From: Candidatus Eiseniibacteriota bacterium
GTDB taxonomy: Bacteria > Eisenbacteria > RBG-16-71-46 > CAZAMP01
Assembly: GCA_965224245.1 (NCBI GenBank)
Contig: OZ245046.1
Span: 672,001 to 736,000, forward strand
Reading direction: 5' to 3'
Length of the DNA: 64,000 nucleotides
Part shown: positions 58,318-64,000 of the stretch, piece by piece
How the letters are laid out: each line of letters opens with the position of its first letter
How positions within the stretch are numbered: the first letter of the stretch is position 1
Made by a program: the position numbers and the translations under genes
The notes under the pieces: model-generated
Databases searched by the model: none
What the model saw: the letters and a program-made list of their open reading frames with translations, nothing else
Told to the model about the DNA's origin: nothing

Positions 58318-59492
58318 CGACGCTTCCACTCTACATGAACGACGCGTTCGGGTATCCGGTGGGCCTGGTCCTGGCGGTCGTGATCGGCTTCGGGTTCGGC
58401 TTCGCGCTGGAGCGGGCCGGGTTCGGCCGGGCATCGGTGCTGGCCGCGCAGTTCTATCTCACCGACATGCGTGTCCTGAAGGTGATGTTCACCGCGATCG
58501 TGACCGCGCTGATCGGGACGACGATCGCATCGGCGGTCGGCGTGCTCGATCTCTCGCAGGTCGCGGTGCCCCACACCTACCTCTGGCCGCAGCTCGTGGG
58601 CGGGCTCCTGCTCGGTGCGGGCTTCATCGTGTCCGGCTACTGCCCGGGGACCGGCGTCGTGGCGGCCGCATCGGGTAAGCTCGACGGACTCGCCGCGATC
58701 GCGGGCGTGATGCTCGGCTCGGTTCTGTTCGGGCTCGCGTACCCGTGGGTGGAGTCGTTCCACCTGTCGGGTGATCTCGGTGTCTTTCGTCTCACCGATC
58801 TCATACACCTCTCCCAGCCGATCCTCGCACTCCTGGTCACCGCGATGGCGCTGGCCATGTTCCTCGGAGGCGAGGCACTCGAGCGGTGGCAGGCCACTCG
58901 CGATCGCAGCACGCCGCCCGAGGTGTCGCGCGCGCCGCGCCGCCGCGCTCTCGTGGGCCTGGGCGTGGGCGCGCTGGCCGGGCTGGCCACGCTTCTGGTC
59001 CCGGTCCGAGTGACGTCCGATGAGCCCGTCCCGGCGCCGGGACGGATCTCCGCGCTCCAGCTCGCGGAGGTGCTCGTGCGCGACCCGTCGTCGCTCTTCG
59101 TGATCGACGTGCGCCCCGACGGGGGCGGCGATCCGATCCCGGGCGCGATGCGCGTCCCGGCGGGCGACACGCTGGAGTCGTTCGTGGCGCGCCTGCCGGG
59201 CACGCGTCTTCTCGTGGTCTACGACGAGCGCGGGGAATCGGATGCGCTCGAGGAGGCGGTCGGCGGATTCGACGGTCGCGTCGCGACGCTCACGGGTGGA
59301 TACGAGGCGTTCGATCGCACGATCCTGTCGCCGCCGGAGCCGATCGAGAGCCCGAGCGCCGACGACGTCGCGCTGCATCGCCTGCGCGCGGCGCTTCATG
59401 CACACTTCACCGGATCCAGCCAGTCCGCGCCGCCGCCCGTGGTGCCGAAGAAGGCGGTGCAGCGTTCGACCACGCGTGCCGGAGGGTGCTGA
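58314..59492 (+). CDS. YeeE/YedE second half fused to a Cys-less rhodanese domain, ending in GGC
   Basis: GFGFALERAGF, GGLLLG.GF...GYCPGT, IDVR...IPGA, VVYDERG, LTGG and terminal RAGGC*. ATGA overlap with the previous gene. Confidence 0.85.
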   Translation: MTTLPLYMNDAFGYPVGLVLAVVIGFGFGFALERAGFGRASVLAAQFYLTDMRVLKVMFTAIVTALIGTTIASAVGVLDLSQVAVPHTYLWPQLVGGLLLGAGFIVSGYCPGTGVVAAASGKLDGLAAIAGVMLGSVLFGLAYPWVESFHLSGDLGVFRLTDLIHLSQPILALLVTAMALAMFLGGEALERWQATRDRSTPPEVSRAPRRRALVGLGVGALAGLATLLVPVRVTSDEPVPAPGRISALQLAEVLVRDPSSLFVIDVRPDGGGDPIPGAMRVPAGDTLESFVARLPGTRLLVVYDERGESDALEEAVGGFDGRVATLTGGYEAFDRTILSPPEPIESPSADDVALHRLRAALHAHFTGSSQSAPPPVVPKKAVQRSTTRAGGC

Positions 59493-59604
59493 GAGCCGCC
59501 TGCATCAGGGTCTCGCGGGGCTCGCCGATGGGCCGCGATCCCGGCGGACGCGCACTACGGTGCGGGAGCGTGACCGCTGGCGACCCATGCGCGCTGTGTG
59601 GCCG

Positions 59605-61461
59605 TCACATCACCGCGTGCATCGGCGCCAGCTCGGCGGCCCGGAGTGGAACCCCGAGCGCGATCGCCCCGGGGATCGCGCGATGGGCGAAGTGGAACGC
59701 CGTCTGCACCTTGTTGTGAAGGAACGCCGCCTCGGGCGTCCCGGCCAGCCACGCGGCCAGCGCGCGAGGATCGTCCGTGACCTCCGCCTCGGCACGAAGC
59801 GCGGCCAGGCGTGACTCGGCGATGACGGCCTGCTCCAGGAGGTAGTGGCCGCCGAGCGCATGACCAAACATGTCGAGCACCGGAACGGCGTTCATCAGGA
59901 GCACCATCTGGCCGTCCCGACGCTCCGCGGCCATCGCCGAGACCTCCTGGATCTGTTGCAGGAGCTTGCCCAGGAGCTTGGCCGCGCGCGCGATCGGATC
60001 GGTGTCGGCGTTCTCGCGGGCCATCAGCGTCTGCACCGTCGCGCCGGCCATGCCGAGGAGCTCCTTGATCGGCTGCCCGTCGTTGGCCGGGAGCTTGCGC
60101 ATCACGAGATCGAGCGCCTGGATGCCGTTCGTGCCCTCGTAGATCGACGCGATCTTCGCGTCGCGGAGATACTGCTCGACCGGGTACTCGCGCGTGTAGC
60201 CGTATCCGCCGAACACCTGGAGACACCACTCGGTCACCCGGAAGCCCCAGTCCGAGCCCCACGCCTTGCAGATCGGGGTGAGGACGTCCACGTAGGACTG
60301 GAAGCGCGCGCGCTCGTCGCCCTCGGTGACGCGTGTCTTGTCGATGTAGAACGACGTGCGCAGAAGGAGCGCACGCATGGCCTCGACGTAGGCCCCCGAC
60401 GTGAAGAGCATCCGTCTGACGTCGGGGTGCTCGATGATCGCGGCGGGCGGGGCATCACGATCGGCCAGCTTCGTCCAGTGCCGGCTCTGCTTGCGCTCGC
60501 GCGCAAAGCGTAGCGCCGCCTCGTGGGCCGCGCCGGCCAGCGCCTGGCCCTGCAGACCCACCTCGATGCGGGCGGGGTTCATCATGTGGAACATGAGCCG
60601 CATGCCGGCGTTCTCCTCGCCGAGGAGATACCCCTCACAGCCGTCGGACTGGCCGAACACCAGCGAGCAGGTGGGCGAGGCGTGAATGCCGAGCTTCTCC
60701 TCGACGCCGCCGCAGGCGACGTCGTTGGGCTCTCCCAGCGAGCCGTCCGGATTGACGCGGATCTTGGGCACGATGAACAGCGACAGGCCGCGCGTGCCCT
60801 CCGGCGCGCCTTCGACGCGCGCGAGGACCGCGTGGATGATGTTGTCGGTCAGGTCGTGATCACCACCGGTGATGAAGATTTTCTCGCCCGTGATCGCGTA
60901 ACGGCCGTCGCCCAGCCGGACGGCCTTCGTCCGTGCCGCGCCGACGTCCGATCCGGCCTGCGGCTCGGTGAGGCACATCGTGCCCGCCCAGGTTCCGGCA
61001 TACATTTTCTCGCAGAAGCGCGCGCGCTGGTCGTCGGTGCCGAAGTCCTCGATGAGGGCGGCCGCGCCGCGCGTGAGGAGCGTGGTCAGCGAGAGCGACA
61101 TGTTGGCGCCGAAGAAGAACTCGTTCGTGACGTTGCCGACGATCTCGGGGAGACCCATGCCGCCGTACTCGGGGTTGTTGATGCAGCCGATCCATCCGCC
61201 CTCGGCCAGGACGTCGTAGGCAGGCTTGAAGGACGGCGGAAGCGTGACCGTTCCGTCGCGCCAGGTGACCCCGATCCGATCTCCCTCGGCGTTCGTGGGG
61301 GCCCAGCTCTCCTGGGCGATCTTGAGCGCTTCCTGGATCACCATCTCGATGCTGGCGCGATCCCACTCCGCGAAACGCTCGTGCGAGAGGATCTCGTCGA
61401 TGGGCAGCCAGTCGAAGAGCTGAAACGTCACGTCGCGCAGGTTGACGTCGTAGTTCACCAC
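59605..61461 (-). CDS. Acyl-CoA dehydrogenase (~600-aa type)
   Basis: EYGGMGLP, GTMCLTEPQAGSD, GEKIFIT, EEKLGIH.SPT, HPDVRRML, QVFGGYGY and IYEGTNGIQALDL. Confidence 0.95.
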   Translation of the reverse strand: MVNYDVNLRDVTFQLFDWLPIDEILSHERFAEWDRASIEMVIQEALKIAQESWAPTNAEGDRIGVTWRDGTVTLPPSFKPAYDVLAEGGWIGCINNPEYGGMGLPEIVGNVTNEFFFGANMSLSLTTLLTRGAAALIEDFGTDDQRARFCEKMYAGTWAGTMCLTEPQAGSDVGAARTKAVRLGDGRYAITGEKIFITGGDHDLTDNIIHAVLARVEGAPEGTRGLSLFIVPKIRVNPDGSLGEPNDVACGGVEEKLGIHASPTCSLVFGQSDGCEGYLLGEENAGMRLMFHMMNPARIEVGLQGQALAGAAHEAALRFARERKQSRHWTKLADRDAPPAAIIEHPDVRRMLFTSGAYVEAMRALLLRTSFYIDKTRVTEGDERARFQSYVDVLTPICKAWGSDWGFRVTEWCLQVFGGYGYTREYPVEQYLRDAKIASIYEGTNGIQALDLVMRKLPANDGQPIKELLGMAGATVQTLMARENADTDPIARAAKLLGKLLQQIQEVSAMAAERRDGQMVLLMNAVPVLDMFGHALGGHYLLEQAVIAESRLAALRAEAEVTDDPRALAAWLAGTPEAAFLHNKVQTAFHFAHRAIPGAIALGVPLRAAELAPMHAVM

Positions 61462-61708
61462 TCACCTCCCAGGTGAGAATGCCGTTCCGCACGGCACGGA
61501 GCCGGGACGTCCCGGGGACGCGTCGCCGCGCCCGCCAGGAAAGCCGGCCAGTGTGACGCAACGACGAGTCGCTCGCAACCGTGGACTCGTGGCCACGAAT
61601 GGCCGTGTCGCGCGGATTCGGATGACGTTCGGAGACGGGCCCGGCACGTCACGGGACGTTGCGCTCGGGTGCGCGGTTCCCGGTGTCCGCGGTCGGCGCA
61701 CGAGGTCC

Positions 61709-63238
61709 TCAGTCGGCGGGTGTCGTCGGGCGCTGCGGGGTCCAGTGCCAGCTGGATCCGGCGGCCGAATCGAGGATGGTGACACCGATGGCCTCGAGCT
61801 CGTCCCGGATGCGGTCCGCGTCGGCGAAGAGCTTCTCCTCTCGCGCACGCTGACGCTCGTCGAGCCTGGCGTCGATGTCGTCGCTGGATTCGGTCACGTG
61901 CTCCGGCCTGAGATCGAGGTCACGGACCGACGTGTCGAGGAGGTCGAGTCCGAGCGCGAGGTCGTAGATGGCGATCAGTCGCAGACGTTCGTCCACCGAG
62001 AGCTCGTTCGTGGTGGCGACCTTGCTCAGGAGCGCAAGCGCCTTGCCCGTGTTGAGGTCGGCGCTGATCGCCTCGTCGAACTCCGTGATCCACGGGCTGG
62101 TCTCGTCCAGGTCGCCCAGCGCGCCCCGGATGGCCGGTGCGAACGAGGCACCGCGCGAGAATCGCACCTCGCGGAACGGCCGCGCCCAGTCGGCGTCGGC
62201 ATCGCGCCTCAGCTCCTCGATCCGGCTCACCAGCCGGGTCAGGCCCGTATGGGCCGCCACCAGCGCGTCGAAGCTGAACTCGACCTGCTGGCGATAGTGC
62301 GACATCAACAGAAAGTACCGGTACACGAGGGGGTGGATGCCCCACGACACGAGGTTCTGAAGGCGCAGGATCTTGCCGCGCGACTTCGACATCTTCTCCA
62401 TCTCGGAGATCAGGAACTCGTTGTGCAGCCAGTACCGGACGCCGGAGTCGTCCGTGTCGAGAAATGCCTGGTTCTGCGCGATCTCGTTGCAGTGATGAAC
62501 CTGGCGGTGATCCACCCCGCCGGTGTGGATGTCGAACGGGGCATCGAGGTACTTGATGCTCATGACCGAGCACTCGAGATGCCATCCCGGCGCGCCGACG
62601 CCCCAGGGGCTCGTCCACTCCATCAGTCGGTTGCTGCTCTCCGGCGACCGACGCCAGACGGCGAAGTCCTCCGGGCTGCGCTTGTCGTCGGCGCTCACCC
62701 TTCTGCCGGCCTCCTGGCCCTCACGGCTCGCGCGGGCCAGCCGCCCGTAGTCCGCGACCTTGGACGTGTCGAAGTAGAGCCCGTCTTCGATCTCGTAGGT
62801 GTAGCCGGCGCGTTCGAGACGTGCGGCGAAGGCGATCATCTCCTGGATGTGATCGGTGGCCTTTGGCCAGACCGACGGCGGCAGGACGCGGAGCGCCTCC
62901 AGCGACTCGCGGAAGTCCGACGCGTAGTGCTCGGCGATCTCCCAGACGGATCGCTTCTCGGCGCGCGCGGCCTTCTCCATCTTGTCCTCACCCTCGTCCT
63001 CGTCGCTCGTGAGGTGCCCGACGTCGGTGATGTTCATCACGTGGAGCACGTCGTAGCCCTTCCACTGGAGGGTGCGCCGGAGCGTGTCGGTGAAGACGTA
63101 CGCGCGGAGGTTGCCGAGGTGTTGATACGCGTAGACCGTGGGCCCGCACGTGTACAGGTGGACGATGTTCGGTCGGATGGACTCGAACGGGACCAGCTCG
63201 CGCTCCATGCTCGAATACAGCGTCAGCGTCGCAGCCAC
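61709..63238 (-). CDS. cysS: Cysteinyl-tRNA synthetase
   Basis: YTCGPTVY, HLGN, NITDVGH, PGWHLECS, DIHTGG and KMSKS, plus C-terminal AD.IRDEL...G. Confidence 0.96.
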   Translation of the reverse strand: MAATLTLYSSMERELVPFESIRPNIVHLYTCGPTVYAYQHLGNLRAYVFTDTLRRTLQWKGYDVLHVMNITDVGHLTSDEDEGEDKMEKAARAEKRSVWEIAEHYASDFRESLEALRVLPPSVWPKATDHIQEMIAFAARLERAGYTYEIEDGLYFDTSKVADYGRLARASREGQEAGRRVSADDKRSPEDFAVWRRSPESSNRLMEWTSPWGVGAPGWHLECSVMSIKYLDAPFDIHTGGVDHRQVHHCNEIAQNQAFLDTDDSGVRYWLHNEFLISEMEKMSKSRGKILRLQNLVSWGIHPLVYRYFLLMSHYRQQVEFSFDALVAAHTGLTRLVSRIEELRRDADADWARPFREVRFSRGASFAPAIRGALGDLDETSPWITEFDEAISADLNTGKALALLSKVATTNELSVDERLRLIAIYDLALGLDLLDTSVRDLDLRPEHVTESSDDIDARLDERQRAREEKLFADADRIRDELEAIGVTILDSAAGSSWHWTPQRPTTPAD

Positions 63239-63404
63239 GTGATCGTCACTCCGTCTCGGGGATGGCCCCGGGGGGCCGGTGCCGTGCGTCTCCAGCCGGC
63301 GTGTCATCGGAGGCCGGATACGATACAAGACGCGCGGCCCGGATACCACGCCCGAGGGCAGGATCGGCCGAGCTGCGGCGGTGACCGAGATCCGCCGGGA
63401 TCCG

Positions 63405-64000
63405 CTACCGGAACAGCACCGCGGTTCCCGCCACGGCGAGGATCGCCCCCAGCACGGCCCGGCGTGTGACGCGCTCGCCGAGCCCCCACCGTGAGACGGG
63501 CAGAATCACGACCGGCGTGATCGACATGATCGTGGCCGCGATGCCCGCGGCGGTGTGCTGCACCGCGACCAGCGAGAGCGACACCCCGAGAAACGGCCCG
63601 AAGACGGCGCCGATCGTGATCCGCGTCATGGCGTGGCCGTGCCGGACCGCGCGCCCGACACGCGGCCACATACCCGAGGCGGTGAAGATGACCGCGAAGC
63701 CCGCGATCGCCGCCAGCACGCGAATCTGATTGGCGGCGAAAGCGTCGTAGTCCGCCATCCCGTGCTTGCTCAGGATGAGGCCCACGGCCTGTCCGGTCGC
63801 ACCGCCGAGCCCGAGGAGCACACCGACCCATGACGGGCGCCCGGAGGGCCGGTCGGCAGCCGGGGCACGTTCGACGATCACCCAGGCGACACCCGTCAGC
63901 GTCATGGTCATGCCGACCCAGTCCTTCGCGGCCAGTGTCTCGCCGAGGGCGACGAACCCGAGCAGCGCGGCCAGAGGAGGCGCGAGCGCCATCATCAGCA
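63405..64000 (-). CDS. DMT/EamA-family transporter, 5'-partial
   Basis: LAPPLAALLG...LGE, GPFLGVSLS and terminal GERVT..A.LGA.LAV.G; multiple TM helices. Confidence 0.88.
   Translation of the reverse strand, partial: LMMALAPPLAALLGFVALGETLAAKDWVGMTMTLTGVAWVIVERAPAADRPSGRPSWVGVLLGLGGATGQAVGLILSKHGMADYDAFAANQIRVLAAIAGFAVIFTASGMWPRVGRAVRHGHAMTRITIGAVFGPFLGVSLSLVAVQHTAAGIAATIMSITPVVILPVSRWGLGERVTRRAVLGAILAVAGTAVLFR

Overview
Very GC-rich bacterial chromosomal segment with about 40 protein-coding genes. I saw no rRNA, tRNA, CRISPR array or mobile element. From 9.5 to 40.8 kb it is dominated by signal-peptide proteins ending in a FlgD-Ig/T9SS-like C-terminal domain (CTD, consensus PNP...D..GR.V...WDG....G....GxY): eight intact genes plus one frameshifted remnant. 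One more protein ends instead in a short 'TTWGRIRASYR' tail. From recalled knowledge, not a search, this pattern suggests the Eisenbacteria/Latescibacterota/Krumholzibacteriota part of the FCB group. The top candidate for a new system is a pair of paralogous tetraheme c-type cytochromes (15317-16198 and 40076-40771). They share four CxxCH motifs, four extra conserved His and a Cys-bracketed GLDNDGD acidic loop, but carry two different C-terminal tails, suggesting surface-exported cytochromes with interchangeable sorting tags. Other notable items: an operon encoding a CuA-like cupredoxin fused to a polyferredoxin membrane protein, an FG-GAP protein and a TPR protein; and an ArsR-led polysulfide/thiosulfate reductase (psrABC-like) operon with a split YeeE transporter. 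The first YeeE half has a damaged 5' end and the second is fused to a Cys-less rhodanese with a C-terminal GGC arm. There is also an unannotated 37-aa ORF before rtcB and several operator-like palindromes and repeats. Housekeeping genes include rtcB, pgi, cysS, an acyl-CoA dehydrogenase and a two-component pair. All calls come from motifs read by eye; start codons were chosen from RBS and signal-peptide context.
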